Notes: generated by a model from the letters alone, not told the origin. Positions 24,526 to 39,694 are shown, numbered from the stretch's first letter. The stretch: DNA of 64,000 nucleotides from Basidiobolus meristosporus CBS 931.73 (GCA_002104905.1 MCFE01000256.1:48680-112679); one strand, 5' to 3'. Program-made: numbers and translations.

Positions 24526-27500
24526 ATGGCTTCCGCATTATCACAAAACGACTTTCCAGCAGCTGCCAGTGTGCTCCCGAGCAACGCTTCAGGCCTTCTA
24601 TCCCTTTTTGAAGGCCAACCTTTCAGGAGAAAGGCCAAACTCATATCTCACTTTGTTTCAACCTTCAGCCCCGAGGAACTTATACCACTCTTAGAGGAGA
24701 TTCTCGATACCCCACTGAATACTCCAACTTCCATCTTAATTCTTCAAGCCAAACCTGAAGTAGAACTCTTACCAGATGGTAGTGATCCAGCACCTGTGAC
24801 AAGACCTGTCTCCCTTTTGAAGGTGGGAAATAATGGCCCTGCTTCGAGCAATTGCTACTTTCATCGCAGCATTGCTCTCACCTTTGCAAGCATGATTGTA
24901 AAAAGATACCCAACAAATGAGTGGGGTATGTCTTTACTCTTGAGGCATCTCAATGACCCTTCCAACATTGGTCGGACCCCACTCATCAATACCCTGGCGT
25001 GCTGTGCAACAGATGAACAGCTGTTACCAGCAGTGCTCGATTGTGTGAATGCAGTTCGAGACAAAATGATTGAAGCACTCCGCCGGAATGATAGAGAAAG
25101 CACCGTGAAAAGGATCCTAGGAGTGCCAATCAATGCAAGGCGACTTATAAATGAAAGTTCTTTTCAGCTGAATATTCATTTTATGCATTTATTATAGGCT
25201 ACAGAAGAGATACCAGACATTCCATTCTGCACCCGGCTCCGGCAAGCGCTTTCCTCTTGTGACACGCAGAACCGCGCTGAGATCTGGCAGAAGTTCTCTT
25301 ACGACTTCAAAAAGTTCAGAATTCAGACAAAGACACAAGGGCGTGAGTTGTGGGATTGTTCCATGGATGAGATCTTAACGCTACAGGAACAATATCCCCC
25401 TATACGCTACCAAGAAACCACCTACAAAAAGCAGAAGTTTCCTGCCTTGGCACCCATCATTGAGTGCTGCCTCTTCGATTTCATACATTACGATGCTAAA
25501 AGGGTCATGGCGATCGCTGAGTCAACCTCGTGGTATATTAGTGTAAATGGTGACCACGTGGTATCCCTCCCTGCTATATGCGACAGGAAAAAACTCCGTC
25601 GGTTCTGGACACGTTACCAGGACGATGGATTGGTGCTATTACGGTTCGCAACAGCCATGCTCAACGTTGCTAATGGGAAACTGGTCAAGCTGGGGCTTTT
25701 CCCAACTCGCGAAATTTTGGCTGTGTGCAGGCTCTCTACTATCGAGAAGCTAATCCCATCTATTCTTAAGATCTCAAATACAGAACCAGCATTCTTCGCC
25801 GAACCTACAGATACCAATGCTGCTCGACCTTTGTTGTCATTTTCGAGCCTCAGACGATGCGATGCAGTCTTTCAAGCAGTCAGGTTAGGAATTGAAGTTC
25901 TTGCCAGACGCCTCATCAGCGCCTCCAAAAAAGAGATTCATACAGATGTCGTACCATTGTTCCACTCAACCCTTGAGCAATCAGTCAAACAATATATCCA
26001 AACTCTCATCCCCCAACTGCTGGAGCAATCTAATGACGATCATTCGTTCCGTGCGGAGCTATACAGGAAGCACCTGAAGTCGCTCGGCGAAACCTTCAAA
26101 GAATTCCCGCCCTTGGTGCAAACCATATTTGAACAAGTCAAGAGTCTCTTCCAAGCACCCTTCAACATCACCGACGAAAACATGGTCTCCATGACCTGCA
26201 AATTTTTTGAACTCTTGGCTGCCAGAGACACTTCAGTCCGATCTTTTCCTAGTCCCGATCTGGTCCCTCCCTTTTCGAGCGTCCCACCCTGGTCAAATGA
26301 GGAGATATTTGAGACTGTTCTCGCTAGTTGCATGGCACTGCCGGCCGAATCAAGCACTCCGGTGTTCGACGATACCTCCGTCAAGCTGTGGTGCAAGGTA
26401 GCACGCGTCATTTCTGAGGCACAACGCGCCCGTATTGTGTCTTTGATATCTCCGAAACTCTACACATCTCCGATGTACATCACACACGAAACGCATAGGG
26501 TCCAACTTTACGAGCACCTCCATACGTCTATTGAGACCCGACATGATGCAGCATACCCCATAGTATTTGGCGAATGGAAGGAAAAGCCGGAGACAAAAGC
26601 GGAACGGCATTTACTAGCACAGTATCTGGATATTCGCATCGCAGAGATCCGAGACCTGATGACTAAAGAGCTTTCCAAGCCATTGTTTGATGATCGGATT
26701 TTGTGGATTGAGGCCATTTTACATGCGACGAGCTGGTCCGAATCCACTCAAGAGTGGATCAAGACTATACGGTGGTTAGGCCTGAGGTACTCTAGCCATC
26801 CATACAATTTATTGAAATTGCGCACCAGCACCACATCTGTACTCATGATTGTTTTTGATCTAGAACGAGGAATGAAATTGCTCCAAACCAGGATAGTATT
26901 GACTATCGGATTCAATCGGCTGGAAATCCCGCCAAATACTTTGAAATGGCGACGCTGGACGAGGCTGAGGAACTTTGCTCACTTTACTTGGCTCTAGATA
27001 CACAGGTTAGACCTTGGCACCGACAATTTGGTTTCTCTTGGAATCCGGTTCTCGTAGACCGTTCATGGTGACTAATCCTCCCTCATTTGGGGTTTTTCAG
27101 AATTTAACAGCGGTTTCGCGACAATACAACACATGGATCGACAAGATCGCAGAAGAGGCCTACCCTCTTTTCTTGTCTCAGACGTCCCACCCATTCTTCA
27201 AGTTTTCTACTGAGATTCTGTGGCGACGCAAGATAGAGCAATACGGAGACAAAGGGGCGTTTGCTAATTACAAGATAGCCATTTGCGAGCCTCCTCAACA
27301 CGTGATTGCCCAATCGGAGCAACTGGAGATATTGAGGCGACAGGCCCTCCAGGCCAACAAGAGCCATCGAAAAATGGAAGGAGGCCCCTGGGGCTTGTGT
27401 TTGATAAAGTATGGAGAAGAGGAAGCGTTTGTCAGGGATACTCTAGATCTTTATCGTATTCGCTGGATGTCGGTTCGCGCAAAGATGAGTCCAGATTTAC

Positions 27501-30500
27501 CCGACAATGCCACATTTGAGAAAAGTGAACGAATCTTCTGGCAAAGGCTCTGTGGGGAGATGTGCAGTGCTCTTGGTTGGCGATGGAAACGCTCGTCTAC
27601 ATTGGTATCTTACGTAGATGCCCTACTGCAACAGCTCCGTGGCGCCCCCATAATTCGTTTCGGGTCGGATTCGGTTTCCAATTGGGCAAAAGTCCAAGAG
27701 GCTGAAACGCTATTAAACATGCTGGTTGCTATCTATGATCGTTCATGGTTGGAGAAACACCGTAGTGAGATACCTTGGTATGACACTTTTCGTACTTTGC
27801 GACTCCACTCTACACGAGCAATTACTGAAGTAGAGACACTATTCAACGAGTGCCGGGACGAAAAGGGAAAAGTAGACAATGTGAAGCGCGAAGGAATCAT
27901 TCTTCATCTCTTAGAGACCTCGCCTTCAGCGATATATCTACAGCAGGTATGGTCACATATAACTAATGAGCGCCAAGACTTGATCAAAGATGAATACCTT
28001 GCTACCTCGCCAATGATCTCTGGCTTGTTCAACCAAGTCAAAGAGAAGGATTTAACGCCGAACCCTTACTTTTTTGTGGTCAACAACCCAGAGAGACTCA
28101 ATCCACACCAGGGTGCATTATACAAGGGCCTCATTCATAGTAACCTGATGGATGAGTCACTGCCATTCGCAGCCCGTCAGTACATGGCTGAGCTGTATGC
28201 CGCACTCCCATCATGTACAATTCAGGATATCGCCAATGTACTCTGTACGCCTGCCCTCCATATAAGACTCGTCGAAGCGATTTTGATGCATTTGCCGAAG
28301 CACAGTGAGCCTGTTAATACTCTACACATCTTGATTGCACCCGTTTACATTGGATCTCATCTTGCCAGAACATCCATCCATGCCATGAAAAATGTTATTG
28401 AATATGCAACAATCGAACAATCGGTTGCCCTCATTCAATCTCTTTTCCCACCAGAAGGTGAGAAGCAAAACAAGATTACAGTACAGAAAGAAGCCGTCCG
28501 GTTAGCGACCTCGAATCTCTCTAGATTTGCTACGACAGAGATGCATCAATTCATTTCACAGCTATGGAAAAGATCCAAGCTGCATACGGACACTCGAATT
28601 GTAATTCTCCAAGCTATGTTAGGTGTTCTTGCAGGATTCCCCAAAGGCAGCGTATCCTCAGAGGGGCAATGGAAGCCGGCGTATGATCTTGCTTGGACCA
28701 TTCTCCAGGATACAGCTAACCGTGCTGACTTGAAGGAGGCAATGGTAGCTTTAGCACTTTTGGCTGTCAAAGCAGGGTCGCCATCGAAAAGCCCTCTCGA
28801 GAAGGCACCTACACGGCCATACATAAGCGGTCCAATACCGTCTCCTTTGTGTGATAAATCTGCCGAGCTGAGCGCAATAGCGGTCGTAACCTTACCATAT
28901 GGGCTCGTTGAGCGTTACACACAGGAGGTCTTGATACCTATGTGTTTCAGCGACGACGTCGAAACGGAGAACCTTTGTGAAATGAAGCGACTAGCAATGG
29001 ATCGACTTGTCTATACCTCTGGTTGGATCACGTGCAGTAATGCTTATGAACTGGCGGTGCAATGGCGCAAACAGGCAGCCAAGCTCAAGTCCAAAAACTC
29101 CAAAAATGCCATCAATTGGTCAGTGTACTTCGATGGGATAGTAGCCGGTTTTAATACCTCTGCAATATCTGACCACTGTCATCAACGCACAAACGGCTCT
29201 ACCGACAGGATCTGGCATGAGCTTGTAGGGATGATCGACGATATGGCCGCGGTGATTGCCGACAAGGCGTGCTCGACCACTGATCGCCAAATAGCAATCA
29301 AGAGAATTGGGCTGCTAAACTTGGAAACCTCGTTAATGCTTCACTCTTACGAGGATCTTGTGAAGACCAACCTCTTTCATGGCCACGATATGGACCTTGT
29401 TCGACCATTCCAGCAGCGGCGATTGGAATCCCTGTACTGGAGTACAATTCTTGACCGAGAGATCACACTACAGCAAAAGATCAATGCCTCCGCTCAGCAT
29501 AAAGATAGTAAGGCCTGCATCCAGCAAGCGCTACGGCTGTTTAGACAGGTGGTTCGCTATTCAACCAGCTATATATCCAAATTTACACAAGCAAAACCGT
29601 GGATCGATAAAGTGATGAGTTTGATCACGAAGAAATTCCCAGATGGATGCAAGCAATTGGCCCATCGCATTATAAGAAATATTGACGTTATAGAGGATGC
29701 TGAGGAAGACATCCACCTAGAAGACTGGATATTTTATGAAGATTGCTGCCTCCACTTGATCAGCACCTTTGGATCCACGTTAGAGCTGGACGATGTAGTG
29801 GAGGTTGTTGGTCGATTTACGAATGCCGAAAGTGACGTTGGCTTCTACGGTCAACACATCCATGTTATGGTCAACAGCCTTTCGGAGGTGGGGACGCGGA
29901 CCATCAATGCATTTGATGCCATTAAAACCCGCGCCTTGCCTGCTCGTCAATTCGATGTAATGAATCAGGTCGACCAACTTTGCCACCATAAACTCACTCC
30001 CCTGGTTGATTGGATTCGAGGGATTCTAACTCGCGCCAAGGATCAGCAATGGAGCATGTATTCGGTAGATACAGTGGCATCCATCGCAATGTTGCTCAAA
30101 ATGCCCTACTTTCTGTATCGCTATGCGCCAACCTTGAGCATCGAGCTATTCCATGCAGCGATGGAGCAAAACGCATCCGACTACTCGAAAACGGGCTATT
30201 CTGCAATGACGAAGCTGACTACAAACCTACTGGAGTTTCTATCTGCTGGCCCGATCCGCAACCACTCGGAGAGGTATGTCTATGAGAAGGCGGCTCAATT
30301 GATACCGTTCAACCATAGAATAGCACCTGTGACTGTGATCTTTATTGAAGCGATGATGCAAAATCGCACCGAGTGTATTGATGTGGCTCCATTCATGAAG
30401 GCCCATGAGCTGCCTTTGAATGTTGTTCAAGGTCAGTTGTTCCCATTCAGAACAGATGCCGGAACCGATGGTGGTGATATGTATGCCACTCGATCGCAAA

Positions 30501-31341
30501 AACAAACCATCGAGCAAATGGAGGAACGATGGGCAGAGCTAATGAACGGATGGGGAGGTTACTTCCAGGAGATAGTCGATGGTACTGTGCTCTGCTATAT
30601 AACCACCTTTTCTATTATGTACCATATTCTCATGTTCGCTATGATTCGATCGTATATCTAGGAATTGCCACTGTCTTTTCTCCCAAGCCCTCGCGAGCAC
30701 TGACTTTGGCGTATGCGCAGCAAGTTCACCGACTTTTACAGCTCTATCCTGGCTTTATCCTTGCTCGCCCGAAACTCTACCTCGACTATCTGCGTGTGAC
30801 GTTAACGGCTCCCCGTACACACTACTGCCCCAAGGATGCGGCGAGAGATATAATTGGTTGTCTTACCATTATTCCGGAACTATATCAGCCTAATCCCAAG
30901 AAAGCTCGAATCTTTGCCTGGGCCCCTCCTTTATCTTTGGGCCTGGACATTGTGGAGCACTTGGCCACCACCGTTCGAGAAGAAGCTGCTCTGGAAGGAG
31001 ATCGAGAAGCGAAGCTGATGGAAGAGGTAGCAGGAAGGGTCTTGAATGATTGGCTGAAAATGATTGTCAACGGCACTGAAGGCCAGTGGCTGCTTAAGGC
31101 TGAACACCCCAAAGAAGTGGTCAAGTTACGCCGACGTGATGAAAGTAGTAAGAACCTGAAGGACGAAGATCTTGAATCCTATGGGGAAATTGACATGGAT
31201 ATCGATTTGGAAGAAGAGGAAGAGGGGCTTGTGCGCCGCTTTGAGAGGCTGAGAGATTTGCTGAACGTCGATGGCTCAGGTTCTCAGCAGTTTGTCATTG
31301 CGCTGAAAGACATCAAAACCCCCACGAACAACAAGCACTAG
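24526..31341 (+). CDS. Large hypothetical protein (~2,166 aa), probably alpha-helical solenoid (ARM/HEAT-like), 5 exons
   Basis: Four long same-strand ORFs join in frame via introns 25135-25197 (GC-AG; alternative donor 25123), 26787-26863, 27006-27100 and 30582-30661; spliced length 6501 nt is divisible by 3. Leu/Ala-rich helical composition; no catalytic motif recognised. Confidence 0.75.
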
Positions 31342-34141
31342 GCTACCCCAACCGGGATACCCCTTTTCGTCGTTATGCCAAATGTATATGATTTGTACGG
31401 TACTCTGGAACATGTCGGGTAATTGAATGGATTTCCACGATAAAACGAAAACCAGTTGTCAGACAGGTGTTACTAGCAGGGCATCAACCTGGAGCATAAT
31501 GAATAGGTTGTTGCTGGTGGCATGTAGATTTTACAATAGCATCTAGTAGTCACTATGAAGAAACTGAGTTGTGGCTTCAGTTTCCCGCCCAATCATGGCC
31601 CTTAGTTGGACTTCCTAAGTGCTAATGGGGTGGTCACACAATGTTCTGAAAAGGTTTGTGTCGCGCATCACAATCTGCCCTCAATGCTAGTCCATATCTC
31701 CATCACCAACTTCCCCCGATGACCATTGCACTAGCGTATACTTCGGGAAGCGGTGTCATAGGAGACAATCCACTATACTAGATGCTCAGATCCATTGAGC
31801 CCTTCATCTTTTATTGGTTCGGTCATTTTCCAAGCCTGGTGTAGGATACGTCAGACCCAAGCTTTCTATTCATGATAGAGGCATTTGCACTATCGTTGTA
31901 GTCAATATGATCTCGGTCGTAAGTGAACCAGATTTGTATGCGCATTGGTGAAGCTAGATTTTGTCTACGAGCTTGCTTATTTAGCAGCCTCTTTCTCTCC
32001 ACCATCGTACAGTCCTGGATACTGGAGTTCTAGAAGCCCAATACCCTGCAGCATTCACACCATTTGACTCAGAACACACCATCTCGACACGACACTTGGC
32101 TGGCCCCAGTGCCAGTTCCTCACTCAACACTGTAATAATGATGCAAATGGCAAATCGCTGGCGCATTGGCCACTGTGGGTCCCAGCTCCAGAATGGGCAA
32201 ATAACGCAGATAGAGATCTTCCAATGCCACTTGACCTTCAATAATTACCCCAAGGAGAAGTGGCTTAGGACGTTTCATATTGCTATGCCGCCCAAAGACT
32301 AGAGGAGGACTCCAATAGATCACCAACCAACCGAACCGCTGCCCATGAAACAACCATCTCACATGCAACATCGCTTCTGCAGAGCTGTGCCGAACAGTCC
32401 AATTTTTCAGCAACCCATCGCCAACTGTGTAGCAGTTGAAGATGCCATGCGAGGAACCGCATCTTCTCGGTTGGTCCTCATATCTATGTACTGACTGTTA
32501 TTGCTGGCATTGGGATTGACATGCTATCTAACTGGATTCCAAGGGGAAGACGCATTGGGACATTGGTAACAAACAACACTCTAACGATAGGGGTTGAAAT
32601 CTTTGGTTTAAGGCACTTAGACCAAAATCGGCTAGTAGGCCGTCAGTGATTACACTAGTCAAAAAAGCGGGAGTTTCTCACGCTGGAATCAAATTACAGA
32701 CTTCAATTTATGTATGCAGGGTTGAGTTGGAAGAATCATTACGTGTGTGCTGGAATGGAGTGGGATTATATGAAAAGTAATCATGTGTGCTGTAAGTAGG
32801 CTCACCGAATGAATAACCCGAGAGAACTACTCCGAAGCAGGGCTGAGTACCAGTGGACAAGGTGAGGTAGTAATCCTCGGAGTGATACGATATGAAGTAG
32901 TGATTCCGTCAATTCTGTTCGCTTGTGAATACACTGATCTGGAAAAGTACATACGAAGGTGTTGCACAGATGCGGATATGGATGCAATCCCATCAACAGC
33001 TGATCTAATATTGCCAAAGAAAACGGATAGAGATAGACTTGATTACAAGCGCAATATGCCGTTTTGTTTGGTAGAAACAGTCAGGATGCCCATCCTGATT
33101 CAACACATTGAAGGCCTACCTAGCAATGTAGATGATTCGCTACCAGATCTGATACACATATGAATATCGGTTATTGCTGAGGATCAGCGTGCATAGTTGA
33201 AGGGCATTATGCATCACATACATTATCATGTCAGCCCTACAGTAGCAAGCATGCCATTAGATAAGAAATGTGGTCAGAGTTCTATCGATGCTCTAACCAA
33301 GTAAACTGTTGGGATTGGAGGATTTAATCGGATGTCAATGCACCAGATCACAGCGATCATCGCGGCATGATCTGTAGCTCATTCTGGTTTGGCGATATTT
33401 TCCAGATTGGAGAACCCTAGGGGCGAAATTCTAACCGGCAGCATGACACAGTTGACTTGTTTCTCCTATATTGGAATGTATTGCCAATATTAGCACTACG
33501 GAAGAGTCGGCGATGCCCGTTGGCTGCTACGAGTGAGGAGCCACTCATTCCTGGCACATCAGCAAGAACAGTGACAACATATACTTGGGATGAGGTCGGC
33601 CTCCGCCCAGGGTCATTGAGTATCCAGTTTTGTAACTTCGGCTTTCACCAAACAAACTTCATTGGCGTGAATCAAGCAAAAGTCGTGCCCGTGCTCAAAC
33701 CCAACCTTGCACAGTAGCATGACTACTCAAGCTGTTGTTGTGATTTGGCTACGTATTATGTGACAAAAACTTTGCGGTTTACCTCGCTAGACTGCTCACG
33801 GTATCTGACCCCTACAATATCATAGTATGGTATTCTACATTAAAAGGCCACGATTGGCGTGTTGGTATAACATTATGAAATAGGTATTAAATTTCTTAAA
33901 TGCAGGAACATCCTTAACCTGGTATATAGCTTCAAAATGACTTGACAATATTTATAAATCTGTGTGTAATGACCCGAGATTCATCCTCTCATATACAAAT
34001 ATACATTGGATTCTCTGGTTCTCCCTCCTTACAACCTCTTTCCTTATCGATACCTCAGAAAGCCTCTAAAGATTATCAAGAGCAGCATATATAACCCCGC
34101 TCTACCCATTGATCCCGCACCCCTTTCTCGTATCAGCCGAG

Positions 34142-37100
34142 ATGGCAGCCCTTGTATCCGCGATGAATTTGTCGCGAGCAGCCACCACAAACGACATACA
34201 CTCCGCACGCCTTTTGCTTGATCTTGGTCATCATCCCAATGAACGCGTGACATGGAACATTAGATTAACTGTCTCCCCAGTGCTATTTATTGAAAGTGAG
34301 GAACGCTGGACCGACTTCAACACCGAACTATACCAATCCATTCCACTGAACATAGCGGTTTTTAGTGGGCACGAGCAGATGGTCGACCTACTTCTTTCTT
34401 GCGGAGCTAATCCAATGCTCAAAGATAGCCTCGGCCGGTAAATTGTCAATTCCATGATGGCCCTTGGAACCTCTCTAACGACAGCTTTCTCTAGGAACGC
34501 CCTAACCTGTGCGATATATGGTGTGGATACTAAAACCCTTACCTTGGAAAATATAACCCAGGCTTCATTTGTACATCCTAGTCATCTGACTATCCTACGC
34601 AAATTAGTTCTCGCTGTAGACAAACCAACGCTTAATGAATCAGACCCGGACCTCAACGGAATCACCCCTCTCTGCCTAGCCAGTTATTTGGGGAAGAGTG
34701 ATGTTGTGTCAGTGCTGATCAAAGAGGGTGGTGCAAATGTCGATGCCACCGATTCGAATGGAGCAACTCCTCTGATGTATGCAGGTACTATACTTCTGAA
34801 ATATCGGACTAGAATGTGGCCAGATGACTCAAGTGGCTCCCTTAATAGCACGCGATGGGCATGAGAATATTGTACAGCTACTTCTTGAATATGGCGCCAA
34901 GGTTGATACGGTTGACTGTAATGCTTGGAGCTCTCTACAATATTCTAGAGCCTATCCAGGGATAACCCGATTGTTAGAGGAGCATCTCCGGAAATCTCGG
35001 CAGATTACTCAGGTATTGGAATCATCTGTATTCAATCCAAATGCTATGAGGATAGTAACAGTCGCTTTCTGTAGAACAATCTTTCGCTGTCGCATCGATT
35101 CACAGGGCTAACAGCGGTCATTTACCCAAATTTTCTTGATAGATTAGCAGCAATCCTCTCTGGCCTGCCATCCTCGATCGAAAATACATCAGCTGACCTT
35201 GCAAACCTTGACAGTAGTGCGGCAAACCACCATATCATTATTCAGGATCTGATGAAAGCCATCAGGCACAACGACCACATAGAGCTCGAAAGCCTCTTGT
35301 TTTCGTCAAATGGATATCGCTCACATCTGTTGGTAAATCACTTTCACCCAAAATCTGGATCTACATTGCTGCACCACGTGGTTAGAGTACGGCCAGTCCC
35401 CTCTTCCGAGAACATTGTACTGCTTTATCAGGCCGGCGCTGATGTTAACGCACAGACCTACGATGGAAGGACAGTTCTACACCACCTATGTCGGCTCAAA
35501 CCCCAGAGTGTCGAGCGGCCTTCATCCGAACCGCAGAGTGCACTTATAATCAATCAGGATAGACAAGCCACATCCATTGACGAGATAGGTATTCAACAAG
35601 TTACGTCCTGTGCAGACTTGCTAATCTGCTTGGGCGCCTTGGTGAACGTCCGGGATAAACTGGGCAATATACCAGTTCATTACGCAGCCCAGATAGAGAA
35701 CGGGTTCGAGCTGGTGCAAATCTTGGTGAAGGCCGGCTCCGATCTTGCCATGCGAAATAATACCGGAAAAACGCCGGCTGACTATGCCACCACCATGGAA
35801 ACGAGAAAAATCCTGTTGGAGGGCAGGCGACCAGTGGACGACTTCAGAGGTAAGCTTATGTGTGAGTGTTATAGAGGGGTGGCATTAACATGTGCACCAA
35901 ACCAGATAATGCGCCGCTCAGTCGCCGAAAACCTCCGGGTCCGATATTAAGCATAAACACTAGACAAAATAGTCTCGCTGAACCCGATATTCATACGAGT
36001 CGGTCGGAAGCACGGACCGCCAAGGATGATAAGAAACATTTCTCCTGGTCGTCGATTATCAGGATCTTGCGAGAGAACAAGAAGAATCCCAGCCCTGCCA
36101 ATTACTCAGGGAGTTCTCGCCCATCCATAGATGGCACTTCTTTGAGGTCCAATCAAACGAATTTGGCCGAGGAAATGTTCGAGCAGATAGGTGGAGGCAG
36201 CATGCAACCAATGGGAATTCCCCGGACGGGGCATGGCCACACTCTTAAATCCCAATACTCCAACTCTTCATCATCCATCTCCATCTTATCCCGATTACGG
36301 AAGGATCGAGTGGTGGATGAGTATCAAGCTTTGGAGCACGCAAACTACTCGGTTGCAACATTCGAAAGTAGAAGCTCGAGCTTATCCTCGTCAAGCACAA
36401 CACCCACTCTGCTTGTTGCCAACTCTGACCAAGAGGACAGGCACTCCATTGTCACAGATGCGTCTTCAGTCACCAGTGAATCCAGTGTTGAATTCTCCAC
36501 ACCAACCAATGATCAAATCCTTATGTCGCGCATCAGGTCAGACATCTCTCTGGCGTCGAGTAGAAACTACGATATCTCGGAATCTGTGCAGCTGAAAGAG
36601 TGTAACCTTGACCAGAAGCTGTATTTCCACGACCAGAGCTCAAAGACCGTCCAATACATGAATCAGTTCGCTAACCCTGGACTCGGCCTTAGCTTACCTC
36701 TGGCCCATACGTTAGGCAGAGTGGACCCTCCGTCTGCCAAAAGTGGTGCGACAGCATTCAAATCGGTAGATTCCCCAGCCTCGGTATCCCAAGTTGGTGC
36801 CAGCATCGGCATGGAGTTCAAAGCACTGGCCCTCGAACTAAGATCAATTGACAATACTATCTCCACCTCCATTGAGGGCTCCTTACAACTCATCGTTGAA
36901 GACCTGCTTTTTTCGCCATCACCACAAGGCAAAGAGGTGCAGAATTCGGAAAGTACTTCGCGGCAGCACTATTCGATTGACTTCCAAAAACTGATCCGCA
37001 TTCAGGACGTGATCAGTCATTTTCACCCCGAGCTTGAGCAGGCTTCTTATCAACTATTCTGTGCTGGACAGGAATATCACCGAGCCATCGAAGCACACAA

Positions 37101-39694
37101 GATATCTATCGAATGCCAGAAAATCGAATGGCTGAATGTGGTGAAGGTACTAGAGAAAGATATTGTGGAAGTGGATGAAATTGACAAGTCCAACCAAGCT
37201 ATCCAACAGGAGATCAATACCATGGAAAGTGAGGTCAAGGGTTTGCTGAGTGAACTTAAGTTGTTTCGAGAAAAGAAACTCTGTCAGATTACCAATAGAG
37301 CGGTATCTGTAACCACAGTGCAAGGGCAGGATTCTCTCCCCTTTGATATAGAACTCGATTTCAGCCTGGCCTTTCCTAATCCATCCTGGGAAGTGATCGG
37401 GAGATTGTCCTCGAAAGTACGCAATCTGGAACGGAAACTCAAAATTCAAAATGAGAGAGAAGAGCAACGTGAGCTTTTAATCCAAGAGTTTGCAAAGTTC
37501 CTGGAGGACAACATCCATGATGCTGAGCGGGACTTGTTGGGTCAGTGCAAAGAAAAGCGCTCCAACACAAGTGAATGTTCCTATGAAGACTCGAAACATC
37601 TTAATTCTAAGGGTGTCGAGGATCCCCTGGTTCAAATTCTTAAACGGCAGATCGACTTCAAGGATGGTCAAATCGTTCAGCTTAAAAAAGTCGTTCACTC
37701 CCTGAAGGAGAAACGGAGCAATGATACTACTGTATCCTCACTCCACCGCAGTACCGGTCACTGTCCGCCCAAAAAGCATATGGGCAGGGGCGAAGTAGCA
37801 CTCTCGGAGGAAAATCAAGCCGAATATTCTCGCCTGCACTCCCAACTTCGAAGTGTTGTTGGCCATTTGAAGGCATTGGAGCTGAATATTAATGACACTG
37901 ACGAAAAAATCCGTCAGATAGCCCTCCATAAACAGCGGATACATGCCCAATCGCTTGCTTCTGGTTCACATTCACCGGATGCATCTGCCGAACTTTCCTG
38001 CGAGAAAAATCCTCAGATTTTGCTGAAGCAGGCCAACAGCCTTTGTATAGAGCACAGCCACTGTATCTCCCAGCGTAGAAAGTTAGAGAAGAAGAAAATG
38101 AACATTCTGCACCGCTTGAACCAAATTCGCCATAGAATCAACGGCATAACTCGTGGAAGAAGCAACATCGATCAAGAGAGCCCCAGAGCAACCTTATATA
38201 AGCAGCATAAAAATTCACCCTCACAAATAACCGAATCCAAACTCTCAATTCAGTCTACGGATTCGCTCATCTTCAATTTGGAAATTGTCCTCGCCCAGCA
38301 CCTTCGACTGCTTAGCTCTGGCTTAGTAACAAGTGGCCTCCAGGTTGACTCCATCAAGGAGAGATTGCCTTCGCTTGTGGAACAAGTAAGGACGTTGATT
38401 GACGGCTTAGATTCAATGAAGAAGAATGTGGATGTGCTAAGCACTCTAGTTGACAAAACGTTTACCAGTCGCAAGACCCTGCTTTATTGTTATGGAGAAA
38501 TTGGAATCGAACTAAACCGGATTGTAAGCACCGCATACATTCATAAAATCAAGCGATCCAGCCCTGGCAATAGCACTCTCTCGGAGATGCCAGTATTTTT
38601 GCCAAAACTAGATGACTGGATACAGAATTATAAGGGGAACAACCTCCCTAGCGATGTATTAAATCAAGAAGTCGAAAACCTTGATTCGATGTATTCCCGT
38701 TTTGCTGACTCTTTTGAGGCTCTGTACGCGAATATGGCCCAACTCCAAGGTGTTCATGCACAGATCAAAGAGGTGCTGTTGCGTGAGGAGCAACTGACAA
38801 GCGAGAGGGGAATGAAGAGCGAGAGTGGACTTTCAAGCGCTTCGCAAACTCTACGCAAAATTCGAGATCAATGGAATGGTTGGAAAATCGAGCCATCGAC
38901 CTGCTTAGATCTTGACAACCAAGACTCGTCAATCTCTGATGATTCATTATCAATCAAAGGAAGGTGTCCATATACACAGAAACAAGCACGACATGACCCA
39001 AAAACTCATAGAAAGTCGTATAATGCTCGCGGAAAGCCTCGAAGAACTTTTTCGCTATCCCGGGAATCCAAAAAAATCCATAGAGAGGTTCGTTTCTTCC
39101 ATGACATATATTTGAAGCATCCGATACACTAACTACTTGCCGCAGAAATCGCGCCTATCATGTCCAGAACCTCTAGCACTGATTGAGCAAAACCCTCGGA
39201 TGATGCTGACTTTAGAAAGCGTATCGGAACACAGCAAGATATCCTCGCTCAAGGGATCACATTGCATAAATTCACTCAACTTGTATGAGGCATCGGACGT
39301 TTGTTCTGCCAGTAGACATCCTGCCGGGGCTGATAGGCCTTCACGAGAGAATCAACTACTACGAAAGATAACCTCAACTTCATCACCACAAAGGATATCC
39401 TCTACCAATAGCTGTCGCTTCTTACTGCGTTCCACTGGTATCACGAGAGACAGTGATCAAAAGCCGAGCAGTCGCTCAGATGCACTACGGAAAAAACTTT
39501 GTAAACTCTCTCAATTACGCAAAGAAATGAAAATCTTGGAGCGGCTCAATGTCTCACATGAGTCATCTGACAACGCTTCTGAGAAGCGGCGTCGGCATCA
39601 AGCAATGTTGGGTAAAAAACGGGAATACATCGTTCGTCTGAAAGATTTAACTAAGGAGTGTCACTCGGTATTGAGGCCGCCTAATAGCACATAA
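34142..39694 (+). CDS. Ankyrin-repeat protein with long coiled-coil C-terminus (~1,750 aa), 6 exons
   Basis: Ankyrin consensus segments (PLNIAVFSGHEQMVDLLLSCGANP; GITPLCLASYLGKSDVVSVLIKEGGANVD; GRTVLHHLC; GNIPVHYAA) link across GT-AG introns. The last intron, 39088-39145 (GTTCGT..CTAAC..CGCAG), joins ORF 35890 to ORF 39137 in phase 0. Confidence 0.85.
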
